The notes under the pieces are model-generated. The model worked only from the letters and a program-made list of their open reading frames with translations. It ran no database searches and was not told the origin of the DNA. A stretch of DNA of 64,000 nt, taken from Mobula hypostoma. Lineage: Eukaryota. The DNA lies in contig NC_086097.1 of NCBI RefSeq assembly GCF_963921235.1, positions 18,850,001 through 18,914,000 on the forward strand. The letters are read 5' to 3'. Made by a program: the position numbers and the translations under genes. This document shows positions 23,850 to 38,156 of the stretch, one piece after another. Position 1 is the stretch's first letter. Each line of letters begins with the position of its first letter.

Positions 23850-25757
23850 TCATAAGAACGGAAGAGCCAAAGAGGGGGAGCACATAATACAGCAAAGATT
23901 AGTAGGAAGTTAGAGGATTGGGAAGCATTTGAAAATCAACAAAAGGCAACTAAAAAAGTCATTAAGAAGGTAAAGATGGAATACCCAAAGTAAGCTAGCC
24001 AATAATAGTAAAAAAAGGAAACTTAAAGTTTCTTCAGATACATAAAGTGTAAAAGAGAGATCAGAGTGGATATTGGACCACTGGAAAACAATCCTGGAGA
24101 GGTAGTATGGGGGAACAATGAAATAGTGAACAAAATGAATAAGTATTTTGCATCAGAGTTCACTGTGGAAGACACTATCAGTATGATGGAAGTTTCAGGT
24201 GTCAGGGGGCATGAAGTGTGTGAAATTACCATAACTCGACAGAAGGTTCTTGAGAAACTGAAAGGTCTGAAGGTAGATAAGTCACTTGGACCAGAAGGTG
24301 TACACTGAAGGTTCTGAAAGAGGTGGCTGAAGAGATTATGGAGGCATTGGTAATGATCTTTCAAGAATCTCCAGACTCTCAAATGGTTCCGGAAGACTGG
24401 AAAACTGTAAATGTCACTCCACTCTTCAAGAAGGGACAAAAGCAGAGGAAAGGAAACCATAGTCTAGTTAGTCTGACCTCAGTGGCTGGGAAGATGTTGG
24501 AGTTGATTATGAGGTCTCAGGGTACTTGGAGGCACATGATAAAACAAGCATAGTCAGCATAGTCTCCTCAAGGAAAAATCTTACCTGACAACTCTGTCGG
24601 AAATCTTTGAAGAAGTGATAAGCAGGGTAGACCAAGGAGAATCAGTTGATGTTGTGTGCTTGGATTTTCAGAAGGCCTTTGACAAGGTGCCACACAGGAG
24701 TTGCTTAACAAGCTACAAGTCCAGGGTATAACAGGAAAGATTTTAGCATAGATGAAGCAGTGGCTGATTGGTAGGAGGCAAAGAGTGGGAGTAAAGGGAG
24801 ACTTTTATAACTGGCTGCCGCTGACTAGTAGTGTTCCACAAGGGCCTGTGTTGGGACCGATTCTTTTTTACATTATATGTCAATGATTTGTATGATGGAA
24901 TTGATGGCTTCAAAAAGAAGAGAGGCCACAGAAGGACTTAGACAGATTAGGAGAATGGGCAAAGAAATGGCAGGTGGAATACAGTATCGGGAAGTGTATG
25001 GTTATGAACTTTGATAGAAGAAATGAAAGGATTGACTATTTTCTAAATGGAAAGAAAATACAAAAATCTGAGACACAAAGGAACTTGGAAGTCCTTGTAC
25101 AGGATTCCCTAATGTTGACGTTCATTTCAAGAGGACTAGAATGTAAAAGCAAGGATGTAATATTGAAACTTTATCAACCGCTGGTGAGGCTGGCATCACT
25201 TGGAGTTCTATAAGCAGGTTTGGGTCATTTATCTTAGAAAGGATGTGCTGAAACTGGAGAAGTTTCAAAGGATGTTCATGAAAATGATTCCAGGATTGAA
25301 TGGCTTGTCATATGAAGAGTGTCTGATGGCTCTGGTCTTCTATTCACTAGAATTGAGAAGAATAAGGGGTGACCTCATTGAAACTTATTGAATCGTGGAA
25401 GGCCTTGACAGAGTGGATGTGGAGAGGATGTTTCCCATAACGACAGAGTCTAAGGCCAGAGGACACAATGTCAGAATAGACGGGCTTTCTTTTAGAACAG
25501 AGATGAGGAGGAATTTTGTTAGCCGGAATATGGTGAATCTATGGATTTCTTTGTCACAGGCAGCTGTGGAGGCTAAGTCTTTATGTACAGTATATTTAAG
25601 ACAGAGGTTGATAGATTGTTGATTGGTCGGGGCATGAAGGGATACAGGGAGAAAGCAGGAGACTGGAGCTAAGAAGAAAATCAAAATAGTTATGATGAAA
25701 CGGCAGAGTAGACTCAATGGGCCAAATGGCCTAATTTTACTCCTATATCTTATGGTC
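23850..25757 (+). mobile_element. CR1 LINE, degenerate ORF2 (RT) and 3' UTR
   Basis: KVDKSLGPEGVH, VPEDWKTVNVTPLFKKG, LDFQKAFDKVPH, RGDLIETY; tail tatatcttatggtct. Confidence 0.93.
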
Positions 25758-25982
25758 TCCACTATTATTATCTCCACTAGGATAAAACAACACCAACTCT
25801 GAAGGATAGGTCATGTCATTCAGACAAACAGATCCTTTACTCCCAGTTGAAGGAAGGCCAGTGAGCCCTGGTGGGCAAAAGAAACACTTCACAGTTAACA
25901 CCAAAATCACCCTGTAGAAATTCAACATTACAACTAAAATCTGGAATGACATTGCACTTAATAGATACACCTGGAGGAAACC

Positions 25983-26615
25983 TGTTCATTCTCTGCCTTC
26001 TCCCTGTATCCCTTCATGCCCTGACCTATCAAGAATCTATCGACCTCTGCCTTAAATATACATAAAGACTTGGCCTCCACAGCTGCATGTGGCAAAGGAT
26101 TCCACAGATTCACCACTGTCTGGCTGAAAAAATTCTTTCTCATCTCTGTTCCAAAAGGATGCCTCTCTATTCTGAGGGCTGTGTCCTCTGGACTTATACT
26201 CTACCACCATAGGAAACATCCTCTCCACATCCACTCTATCAAGTCCTTTCACCATTCAATAGGTTTCAATGAGATCACCCCTCATTCTTCTGAATTCCAG
26301 TGAATACAGGCCCAGAGCCATCAAAATCTCTTCATAATGACAAGCCATTCAATCCTGGAATCATATTCGTGAACCTTCTTTGAAGCCTCTCTAGTTTCAG
26401 TGTATCCTTTCTAAAGTAAAGAGCCCAAACCTACTCACAATACTCCAAGTGAGGCCTCACCAGTGCTTTATAAATTTTCAACATTACAACCTTGCTTTTA
26501 TATTCTAGTCCTCTTGAAATAAATGTTTACGTTGCAATTGCCTTCCTCACCACCAAATCAACCTGCAAATTAACCTTTAGGGAATCCTGCACGAGCCCTC
26601 CCAAGTTCCTTTGCA
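25983..26615 (-). mobile_element. CR1 LINE 3' fragment, followed by an RTE remnant at about 26620-26810 (-)
   Basis: GLDRVDVERMFPMV and MRKNFFSQTVVNLWN. The downstream piece resembles the RTE ..ESWTTYSRHLKDL.. region. Confidence 0.88.
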
Positions 26616-27317
26616 ACATGGGATGCTGTTTATGTTGGCCTCCTCCACTACACTGGTGTTAGTACGTCTCTTCTTCCAGCTGGTTCTCAAAATAATTCAT
26701 AAGGATCTTTGGTGGATTGTCCAGGTCTTTCAGGTGTCTAGAGTAGGTGGTCCATGATTCAGCTCACTTATGTCTAGACCATGGCAACTGCCCTCTGCAA
26801 CACTTTTAGTCCATCGACCCAGGGGAAGTAAAAGCCTGTGCTATCATCCATTGAAATTTATTACTATTATTTTATTTCCTTACTACCAAACAAAATATGC
26901 CAAATATACTACTGGCAAGCATCAACTAAAATAAAATAATTTACTGTACTCTAACATCAAATGGGCTGGAATTTAAATGTTAGTCTGTGGTTCAGAGTTC
27001 TGTGAACCCAACATTAGAACCAACAGCCTGCCCAGTCACTTCACCTCATATGAAATTACTTTTATGCAAATCGCAAATTGTGCAAATTAAACTGTGTCAG
27101 AGGCAGAAAATTCCACAGTGTTGGGAATAAGGTGCCAGACCCATCTTAATTCATTCAGCTATTTCATTTGATGGCATTCAGTCCCCTGCCTTTGGACCAG
27201 TTTTAATCCCTACACTTTGGATGTGAACTAATCGAACTTGCCTGTTGCAAGCGGAAATGTACATTTTATTTTTCCAGCACTGACTCTGATTTCAAATGTT
27301 CTTTAACCCTTAATGGT

Positions 27318-28150
27318 TGCATCACCATCTGGATGGAGGGGCCAGTGCACGGGATAGGGATAAGCTGCAAGAGGTTGCAAACTCAGCCAGCTCCATCATG
27401 GGTGCTAGCCTCCCACCACTGAGGACATCTTCAAAAGGCGATACCTCAAAAAGGGGGTGGCGTCCATCATGGTGGTGATGATGGGCTATTTAAGAAACTC
27501 TTAGCTAGGCACATGGATGACGGAAAATGAAGGATTACATTGAAGAGAATGGTTAGATTGAACTTAGACTCGTTAACAGATCAGCACAACATCATGGGCT
27601 GAAGAGCCTGTAATCGGCTATAATGTTCTATGTTTATCATTAAGGACCCCACCTCCAAGGAATGCCCTCTTCTCTTCGCTACCATCAAGGAGGAGGTACA
27701 GGAGCCTGAAGGCACACACTCAACATTTTAGGAATAGCTTCTTCGCTTCCATGATCAGATTTCTGAATGGTTTATGAACCAATGAAAACTACCTCACTAT
27801 TTTTTTCTTTTTCTGCACTACTTTTTGAATATACTTATTGCAACGTAGGTTTTTTTCATGTATTGCACTCTACTGCTGTCACGAAACAACAGATTTCACA
27901 TTTGTCAGTGATAATTAGCCTGATCCTGATGCTTATTCGGATCCACTTTGAGCTATTATTACAGCACTGAAATGTACTGTACACAAAGTTACTACAGTAC
28001 TGTGCAGTAGTCTTAGGCACCCTAGCTATATACATGTGCCTACAACTTTTGTACAGCACTGCAGTAATTTTATGTATTACACTGTACTGCTAACACAAAG
28101 GAATAAATACATTTCATGACATATGTGAGTGATGATAAACCTGATTCTGA
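27318..28150 (+). mobile_element. Nested Rex1/Babar 3' fragments with an inserted CR1 tail (about 27475-27633)
   Basis: GCIT.W...LQEVANSASSIMG, resuming as IIKDPH...FSSLPSRRRYRSLKAHTQHFRNSF; (ctgatt) tails. Confidence 0.7.
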
Positions 28151-30534
28151 TATGGGTCTCTATTGTGGACTGAAAGTGGGAAGGGGGCAGGTGAAGGGAA
28201 TCGTGGTTGGGAGAAGGAGAAGGGAAAGGGGAGGGAGCAGGAAGCACCAGAGAGGCATGCTGTTATGATCAGTAAACCAATTGCTTCGAATGAAATGACC
28301 CTGCCTGTGGTCTCAGGGCTGGGTGTCCCTGCACCCAAGCCACCTTCCGCTCCTAGCACTCTTTCTCTGCCACCTGTCCCACACCCCTCCTGTGATTCCC
28401 CAGCCTTGCCATTCTCAACAGATTCCCACCAGATTTACAAACTCGTTCTCCACTCTACATTGACAAATATAGTACTATACGAAAGTCTTAGGCACCGTGG
28501 CTGTTTATATGTGCCTAAGGCTTTTGCACAGTACTGGAGGTTTGCTCTAGAGTAATTCTGTCCTGGTTGAAAGAATTTGTGAATTGTCAAAGCATAAAAT
28601 AAGGCAATTCGGCTTATGGAGTAGAGCAAGTCCACTTTCTTGCTCCATCTTCAGAGCTTTGCAAGTTAGTATCTATCAATTTCCTTCATGAAAGCTTTGA
28701 TTGATTGTGTTTCCACTATTTTTACAGGAAGGGACATATGCTCTGAATCACAATCGTCGTCTGCACAAGAAAGTTAATCCTCACATCCTCCATGCAGCTG
28801 CTCTTAAACCATGTGCTTATGAGAATGGCTTCTCTCTAGTTACCCCATCATGATCTTGTGCACCTTTGTCAAGTCTCCTCTCATCCTGTCTCCAAGACCA
28901 AGAACAGATTCACGTCATTTTCCGTCCACACGCATGGAGCTCTACCTTTCCTTATAGGTAACTGCACAGTTGGAAAAGTGACGCCAGTTTTCACGTCCCT
29001 CTTTGAGGTGCACAGAACAGGATGCATGTGGCGCTCATGTTGGCCTAGACCAATCTGCAAACGACAATGCAAAATGAAAACAGAAAATTTTGTGAGAAAC
29101 CCAACCTGTCATTTTGAAACAGTGGAACTTGCCTAACTAAAAGAAAGTCAAAAGGCACTGGATTCACCAGGTCAGTCCATAGTTTTATTGAATGCTTCTT
29201 TTGTTGGCAACATTAATAATGCAGAGGCCAGCTTGTAATTGAATGAGGAGGGTTTTGATGAAAGTGAGTTTGGTGCCCTTTTGAGGAGAGGCACTACAGT
29301 AATTCTGTTTCCTCTTCTACCATTGCTGCTTGGCCTGATGAATGCTTCCTCCATTTTCTGTTGAAACTTCCAAGGCTTGAAACATCCAAGAGTCGTTCTG
29401 GTCAGTTGGGTTTTTCCAAAAAATGTTCTGTTTTCATCTCACATTTTCAGCATTTGCAGTTTTATTTGATTTCCTGTCATCTTATGAGTTTAAGGTGAGG
29501 GGAGGAAAATTTAAAGTAGTTTTGTGAAGCAGTATTTTTTTTTAAATGCAGAAAATGTTAGGTGATTGGATCACACTGCCAGATTAGGCTGAAGAGGCAC
29601 ATACAATTGTAACTTCTAGGAGGCATTTAAACAGGTACATGAACAAGCAGGGAGTGGAGGCAGGTGAGATTACTTATATTGGAGTTATGGTTAGTACTGA
29701 CATAGTGGGCTGTGGGGCTTGCTGTGCTGTACCATTTTAGAATACAACTTTATTGTCATTGCTCAAGACGAGATTGAAATGCTACTCTAGTCCATGCAAA
29801 ACAGATATTTACAACGCATGCGGTACAGCTTAATTAAAAAAATCCCATATTACATGCAATAAGTGACTTCAATAGTCCTAAGTTCTATTTTCTTCAATCT
29901 AACCTTCCTGATGAAAACCCTCATCTCTGGATTCTAAAAACTTCAAGTTTCCAATGTTAGGTATAAATAATGTTCAGCAAATTATCCTTTGATAATTAAA
30001 AAATTCAAATTTCAAGACTCATGTTTCAAAATTGTTTAATGTTATTTCTAGTACACAATTGCAAAGAAGAATGAAATAATCCAATGCAGCACAAAAAGAC
30101 AATAAGATAAATATTGTAAAGAAAAACACGATAAATATAAAAACAAAATATTCAGATGCATAATACGTAAATCTTGCCAAGGGATTAAAGAAAGATTTTC
30201 TTTTATATAGCTTTGATCTCAGTGTCTCATAATGGACTGGGAATTTTTATTGATAATAGTTACTATTGTAATTTAACTCAAATTCTGGATGACATACTAG
30301 CATATCCCTGGAAGACTGTCCTATAGTCAGATCATCTGCTTGAGGTGGGAAATTAATCCAAGACACCATCAGCCCTCTCAAATCAATATGAAATTACTTC
30401 AGAGTAATTTTCTCTGTTGTTCTTCCTTCCATAATTACTGTTCATCCAATTCATGCTGAGCAAGATTTCACAAGCACAAGATAATAGCCAGATATTATAT
30501 GGGGCAACCAACAGTCTACTGGAAGAAATCAAAT

Positions 30535-31000
30535 CACAAACAAGGGAAAATCTGCAGATGCTGGAAATCCAAACAACACCAAAATGCTGGAGGAACTCCG
30601 CAGGTTCTACTGGGCAACTCTACTGGAGGAACTCAGTGGGTCGAGCAGCATCTGTGGGTGGGAATGAATCATTGCAATTTCAGGTCAAAGCAATGCATCA
30701 AGACTGAGAGAGGGAGAGTGGTGAGAGAGGATACCAAGCTGATTGGTGAACTGAGGACGGTTGTAAAATGAGAAGTAGGTTCAGCCAGATAGGGAAGGGG
30801 GTGTGAGTTGGGAAACAGTGGCAGGTGAACGTTAGACAGATAGAGGTAAAGAGAAAAAGAAATGAAAGGTAGATAGAGTGAGGTGGGGGAAGAGGGAGTG
30901 TTAAGTTTGGAGAAAACTGCTAGAGCAGGAACACAAAGGGTTCCCAGTGCCAGAATCCGAGGTGATGATTGGAAGTTAGGGGCGAAGTGGATCAGAACCA
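30535..31000 (-). mobile_element. Penelope-derived element (purine-rich on +)
   Basis: aaatctgcagatgctgga...caaaatgctggaggaactc head followed by a long purine tract; reverse complement of the type at 1810-2188. Confidence 0.65.
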
Positions 31001-31590
31001 GAAAGGGGAAGGTTGGGGAAAGCCTATGGATGAGTTATTTGTGTCATGGGTGGATGAAACCAGGAAGGAGAGGCGGTTGATGGCCAGTGAGGGAAATCTG
31101 GAGGTATTAGAAGAGGATCTTGGGGGCAGGTTGGGAGAGAAGGTTAATCTATTTTTTGGGGGGGTTGGGAAGTTGGTAGAAGTAACATGTAAGAATACTG
31201 CTCCACATTTTGTGTTCAACTCTGTGAGTAGAATTTCAACTCTTCATCTTGTGACTCAAAGACAAGAGTGTCACAACTGAATCAAACCCTCAAACAAAGT
31301 CAGAGGTCATGTAAAATTATAGCAGTGAATAGAGTGGGATCCAGAGGGTCAGGCCTGTTGTCTGTTTTCCTTTGTCACAAGTGAATTGAATTTGTTTCAT
31401 TCTAATATCTAAAGTCATGATCTTATGAAATGAAAAGAACATCTCACTTGTTGATGCAACAACCATGAGATGTTTGACTTGTTTCGATTCGATCCTTCGC
31501 CCCACAACACTCATTTAAGTACCTGCTGCTTGAGAAGTATGTGTCAAGAAATGTAGAGGAGCTTGATCCAAAAGCAGAGCAGCAGAAATA

Positions 31591-32161
31591 ATTAGATTAG
31601 ATTAGATTATGAGGACAAGACCACATAATTATAACATATAGTTACAGCAGTGCAAAGCAATACAATAATGTGATAAAGAGCAGACCATGGGCATGGTAAA
31701 AAAAAATCTCAATTTTCCAATTGACTCTCGATAGTCCCCAATAGCAGGCGGCAGAAGGAGAAACTCTCCCTGCCATAAACCTTCAGGCACCGACAACTGT
31801 TGATGCATTGGAAGAACCCGATCACAGCCAACTCTGAGTCCATCCGAAAACTTCGAGCCTCTTACCAGCCCTTCGACACCGAGCACCGAGCACCATCTCC
31901 GCTGAGCGCTTCGACCCCATCCTGGCCACCAAGCAACAAGCAAAGCAGAGGACTCGGGGCCTTCCCCTCTGGAGATTCAGGATCATACAGTAGGAGCGGC
32001 AGCGAAAAAGGCATTTCAGAAGTTTCTCCAGATGTTCCTCCGTTCTCTCACGTGTCTCCATCAAATCAGGATTGTGCATGGCACCCTACTTGACAAATTA
32101 CAGATATCATTCACCGGAGTGGCCGCGCAAGCTGCGTCGCGTCACCATCTTCTCCTCCTCC
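31591..32161 (-). mobile_element. Non-autonomous retroelement with GC-rich 5' end and (TCTAA)n tail
   Basis: Minus strand starts gaggaggagaagatggtgacgcgacgc; the body is CpG-rich; (attag)4 on + at about 31591-31610. Confidence 0.6.
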
Positions 32162-32721
32162 TTGTTGTCAAATAATTCAATGATGAGTAGCAAATTTAAT
32201 GACAGACTGCAAAAATAAAAAGACATATGAGACCACAAAATGAGAGAGAATAGATACTAAACACTACAGGCAATAAGGCAACTGAAGTCTAGGAGCAACT
32301 GGTTCAATGGGCGAACAAGGACAGCAGATGAAAGCTGGGTTTAAATAGGCTGCAGGTGATGAGTTGGAAAGCAGTGGACAAACTGTTGCTTTATACAATT
32401 GCAGCATTGTCTCCCTGCACTTGCAGTGCATTCAATGCTTCAGTCAATAAGGGTGACCATCCCATACATCACCTTGACCACATCAGCTCCCTACCATTTT
32501 CGGAACACAGTGGTTAAGCATTCTAAGATCCCTCTGTTCCTCCTGACTTCTATCTGTACTATTTAATGCTATCGAAAGTCACAAGGCCCCTGTGCCTCAC
32601 TAGGCTGAGATACTATTTGTGACTTTATTTCTGGCACGTACGGAAGGCTTCTCCTGAAAAAGACCCCTCAGAATAACTGGACTACCCAACCAGGGCACTT
32701 CCTTTCCTTTATCTGAAGCAA

Positions 32722-33350
32722 GTCAGAATCAGAATCACTTTATTGCCAGTATGTGAAATATACCACAATTGATTGTGGTTCATTTCCAAGCATAAAGCAC
32801 AGGAAAATACCGTAACAGACAACACAATACAACCAACAATTTACAAAACAATAGTGCAAACAGCTGTGAGCAATCAACAGTTAGCAGGACAGTCACATGT
32901 TGAAACATCATTAATCAAACTTATAAATATTAACATATGAACAGATTTAATAATTATCGACAGAACGGGGACAGCAGGAAAGACCATTTAGTAGATGTTG
33001 TGCAGGGAATAGTGAGGGTATCACACCTGAGTGAGTTTTGTTGAGAAGCTGGAGAGCTACAGGAAAGACTCTTCAGAGATGGTAGTTCCTGGTGGTGGTG
33101 GATTTGTAGCACCTCTCTGATGGCAGTTTGGTCAAATGATGAGGAGGGAGGAGTCAGCAATGATTTTTTTCAGCTCTTTTCTTCGCTCTGATGATGAACA
33201 GGTCTTCTATTGTCGGAAGTGAGAGTCAATGATCTGCTCTGCTGAGTGGACCGCTCACTGCAACCTGGACTTGGAGAGGGAGCAGGTGGCGGGAAACCAG
33301 GCAGTGATCGAGGTAATCACAACTTGCTCAATGTCGACTGAGTGAATATT
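32722..33350 (-). mobile_element. Rex1/Babar LINE 3' fragment
   Basis: (cagaat)2 tail; minus-strand translation includes IEQVVITSITAWF and LQ.AVHSAEQI. Confidence 0.7.
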
Positions 33351-33854
33351 ATTAGGGTACACGCCAAGATGTATGAGAGGTCAAACATGTTAGAAGCGGA
33401 AAGGTGTAAATCATATCTGAAACCTAAGAGTCCTGATGAAAAATCTCAGCCCAAAACGTTGACTATTTATTCACCTGCATAGATGCTGCCTCACCTGGTA
33501 AGTTCCTCCTGCATTTCGTGAGTTGCTCTGGATTTCCAGCAGCTGCTGAATCTCTTCTGTTTATATCTTAAACCTAACCTATTTCCCATTCCGCCTGGTC
33601 CTGGAACCCAAGGGATCAGTACAATGTACTATTATGACATGACACAACCAATCAAAACCATGTGACAACTCTATGCACATAATGCATGAAACTGTACAAT
33701 GAAATATGGTAGTTAAGTTACTAGACTACCAGTCAAAGGCCTTAAATATTAATCAGATTTTATAAATTTGCATCTTATAGTGGAACTAGCAAATTTAAAA
33801 TCAAAAAATAAAATAAGCCACTCAAAGTTCAAAGATCACGGTAAATGAACTTTG

Positions 33855-36365
33855 TACCTCCTGTACCTAATAAAGTGGCCTCTGAGTATATGTTTGTAGT
33901 TCTTCTACTTTAAAGTTCAACGTGTTGTCCATACAAAGATGCTCTTCTGCACACCATTGTTACAACATGTGGTTGCTTGAGTTATTCGCACCTTCCTGTC
34001 AGCTTGAGCTAGTCTGATCATTCTGCTCTGGCCTCTCTCATCAACAAGACACTTTCACCCATAAAACTACCATTCACTGGAATTTTTTTTTGTTTTTTTT
34101 GTTTCTCGCACCAGTCTCTGTAAAATATAAGTACTGTTGTGCGTGAAAACCACAGGAGATCAGCAAATTCTGGCATCAACAATCATTCCACAGTCAGAGT
34201 CATTCCACATTTCAGAATCAGAATCAGGTTTATTATCACCGGGATGTGATGTGAAATTTGTTAACTTAGCAGCAGCAGTTCAATGCAATAGATAATATAG
34301 AAGAAAGAAAATAAATAAATAAATAAACTACAGTATATGTAGATTGAATAGATTAAAATTTGTGCAAAAACAGAAATAATATATATCTTTAAAAAATTGA
34401 GGTAGCGTTCATGGGTTCAAAGTCCATTTAGGAATCAGATGACAGAGGGGAAGAAGTTGTTCCTGAATCGCTGAGTGTGTGCCTTCAGGTTTCTGTACCT
34501 CCTATCTGATGGTAACAGTGAGAAAAGGGCATGCCCTGGGTGCTGGGAGTCTATAATAATGGATGCTGCCTTTCTGAGACACTGCTCCTCGAAGATGTCC
34601 TGGGTACTTTGTAGGTTAGTACCCAAGATGGAGCCAACTCAATTTATGACCCTCTGCTGCTTCTTTCGGTCCTGTGCAGTAGTTCCTACCATACCAGACA
34701 GTGATGCAGCCTGTCAGATTGTTCACCATGGTACATCTGTAGAAGTTTTTGAGTGGTCTTGTTGACATACTAAATCTCTTCAAACTCCTAATGAAGTATG
34801 GTCGCTGTTTTGTCTTCTTTATAACTGCATCAATATAATGGGTCCATGTTTGATCCTCAGAGATCTTGACACCCAGGAATTTGAAACTGCTCACTGTCTC
34901 CACTTCTGATCCCTCTATGAGAAATGGTATGTGTTCCTTCGTCTTACCCTTCCTGACGTTCACAATCAGTTCTTTAGTCGTACTGATGTTGAGTGCCAGG
35001 TTGTTGCTGCGACACCACTTCACTAGTTGGCATATCTCAATCATGTACACCCTTCGTCTCCATCTGAGATTCTACCAACAATGGCTGTATCATCAGCAAA
35101 TTTACAGATGGTATTTGAGCTATGACTAGCCACACAGTCATGGGTATAGAGAGAATAGGACAGTGGGCTAAGCACACACCCCTGAGGTGCACCAGTGTCG
35201 ATCGTCAGTGAGGAGAATATATTATCATCAATCCACACAGATTGTGGTCTTCTGGTTAGGAAATTGAGGATCCAATTGCAGAGGGAGGTACAGAGGCTCA
35301 GGTTCTGTAACTTATCAATCAGGATTGTGGGAATGATGGTGTTAAATGCTAAGCTATAGTCGATTATCAACATCCTGATATTGTTGTTTTTTATTGTCTA
35401 GGTGGTCTTTGGCCATGTGAATAGCCATTGAGATTGAATCTGCTGTTGACCTATTGTGGCGATAGGCAAATTGCAGTGGGTCCAGGTCCTTGCTGAGGCA
35501 GGAGTTCAGTCTAGCCATGACCAACCTCTCAAAGCATTTCATCACTGTCGATGTGAGTACTACTGGGTGATAGTCATTAAGGCAGCTCACATTAGGCAGT
35601 GGTATAATTGTTGCCTTTTTGAAGCAAGTGGAAACTTTCACCCATAGCAGTGAGAGGTTGAAAATGTCCTTGAATACTCCGGCCAGTTGGTTGGCACAAG
35701 TTTTCAGAGCCTTACCAGGTACTCCATCAAGGTCTTCCACCTTGCGAGGGTTCACCATCTTTAAAGACAGCCTAACAACGGCCTCTGAGACAGAGATCTC
35801 AGGGTCACTGGGTGCAGCAAGGATCTTCACAGCTGTAGTTGTGTTCTCCCTTTCAGAGGGTGTATAGAAGGTGTTGAGTTCATCCGGTAGTGAAGCATCG
35901 CTGCCATTCATGCTATTGGGTTTCGCTTTGTAGGAAGTAATGTCTTGCAAACCCTGCCAGAGTTGTCGTACATTCGATGTCGCCTCGAACTTCATTCGAA
36001 ATTGTCTCTTCCCCTCTTGAAATAGCCCTCCACAAGTCATACCTGGTTTTCTGGTACAGACCTGGGTCATCAGACTTGAATGCCACAGATCTAGCCTTCA
36101 ACAGATGATGTAGCTCCTGGTTCATCCACAACTTTTGGTTTGGGAATGTACAGCACACACTTATCCACACAGGCTTTAATGAAGTTAGTAGCAATGCAGC
36201 CTACTTATCATCTCTTCCCCCATTCTGATGTTTGGTTTGAACAACAACTGAACCTCTTGACCACATCTGCATGCTTTTATGCATTGAATGGTTGCCGCAT
36301 GATTGGCTGACTGGATATTTGCATTAATGAGCAAGCGTACCTAATGAAGTGACTATGGAGTGTAC
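33855..36365 (-). mobile_element. Non-autonomous Tc1 element split by a Rex1/Babar insertion (halves 33855-34212 and about 36200-36365)
   Basis: The halves join to give the same element as at 21.8 and 51.3 kb. Terminal sequence is gtacctaatgaagtgactatggagtgta. Confidence 0.75.
34213..36195 (-). mobile_element. Rex1/Babar LINE, degenerate RT
   Basis: [74 protein letters not shown]; (ctgatt)n tail. Confidence 0.93.
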
Positions 36366-38156
36366 ACGTCAGCCAAAAATACTGAGATTCATTTTCAAAG
36401 ATTCAAAAGATTCAAAGTACATTTATTATTGAAGTATGTACGCAGTATTCAAGATTTGCCTTCCCACAGACAGTCATGAAGCAAAGAAATACCATGGAAC
36501 CCATTCAAAGGAAGTATCAAACACCCGACCCACAAAAAAGAGAACAAATCGTGCAAATGGCAAAAAAAAAACATGTGAAAAACACACAGATCATAGGACA
36601 TCAAACCAAAGAGTCTTTGAAGCAGTCTGGGAACGTTCAGTTTAGTTTAGTTTTTTCTTGCAGGCATTCACCGTAGAACAAATAAATAGAATGGCAACAA
36701 GAAAAATGCTACAAAGATTGACAATCAACCAATGTGCAAAAGGCAGTCTGTTAAAATACTAAAGAAGTAACAATAATATATCAGTAAGTAAATAAATAAC
36801 ACTGAGATCATGAGTTTTAGAATCCTTGGAAGTGAGTCCAGAGATTGTAGAGTCAATTCAGAGTTGATTGTGAACAGGAGTGACCATGGAGCTACTCGAG
36901 TGTTGGAAAAATGCACCTGGTTCATCATTGTTCTTCAGAGAAGGGAATCTGCTAGCTTTATAGTGTCTGGGTTATGTTCGACTCCAGAACCACAACAAAG
37001 TGATTGACTCATATAACCCTCTGAAAAGGCTGGCAAGGCCAGCTCTGAGGCAATTCATGCTGACTCCCAGTGATGCTGAGTGAATAAATGTTTAAAAATT
37101 ACCATATGGCTCATTGCTTAACAACTCTCCGTAGGACTAGAAATTACTATTCACTGCAATCCAAGTGAAAACATTACATCCTTTGGCAATCAAAATAAAT
37201 AATCTTTTCCTGTGTAATACAGCCTCCAGCCATTATATCTTGCCTTTACAGGTCTGTGAGGAGCACACTGGCAGGCAATGAGATGAAAGCTGATACTAGG
37301 TGTGAAAGTCGAGTCAGTTTGAATCAGAAATTTGAGTGGGTCTGTCTGAGTCCATTCATCCTTCACAAAGATAGCTCCCCATCTGTAGCTAAGCTGCCTT
37401 GACTCTTGGGTTGACTAATCTAATATTCAGCCTATTGCCATTTTAGACCACATACCAACTGCTTCGTCAATGACACATGACAATTTTATCCAAGCAAGGG
37501 CTTCAGCCACCCTCCTCCCCCATCCCCAGAGCAATTCTTCTTCACTCATCTAAAATGGTTTGCTGACTCCCCACAGTTTGTTACTTGACGTGACATTTTC
37601 AGTCTCCTGCAGTTCAGAGCCATAAGCTACATAAAGAACACAATGATTCTTGTCCAGAGCAATCGTTATAGGCCTCAATCTTATTCATAGCTTGGCCCTT
37701 CCACCCCCTCCCCCCAATCTGGGTTACTAAATGCAGGTTTGAACAGCTCTTCTTAAAGCCTGTTCCAGTTATGAACCGTATAGAGAGAAATATTCTTTCT
37801 AATCTCAAAGGCGTTATATTTGCACATGTCATGCTTTGACTTTAAGTCACTAAGCCACTTATCTAGACACTCATTAAAACAAAATTTGCATTAATAGCAT
37901 TGAAAAATCTTCACAGTGGAAAAATGCTGGAGGCAACATGGAGCTATACTGATGGTAGGTAAATGATAATCAAATCCTTTGCATACCTTTGATGGTTGTG
38001 TGAGACAACTTTGGCAGGAAAAAAGCATGCTACTCTACCCTGGCTGATTAATATTTTGGTTAGAATTTCTGTTGTTTGAGGTGAATTGTTTGGAAGCTTA
38101 GCATGGCGCATTGTTTGTAGTTTCATTATACACAGTACATAAAGGACATCTTTTCC

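Noticed and set aside
37252..37970. Short plus-strand exon-like segments (about 37252-37300 and 37917-37958)
   Set aside because: Splice sites are weak or ambiguous, no peptide is recognisable, and they are indistinguishable from chance.
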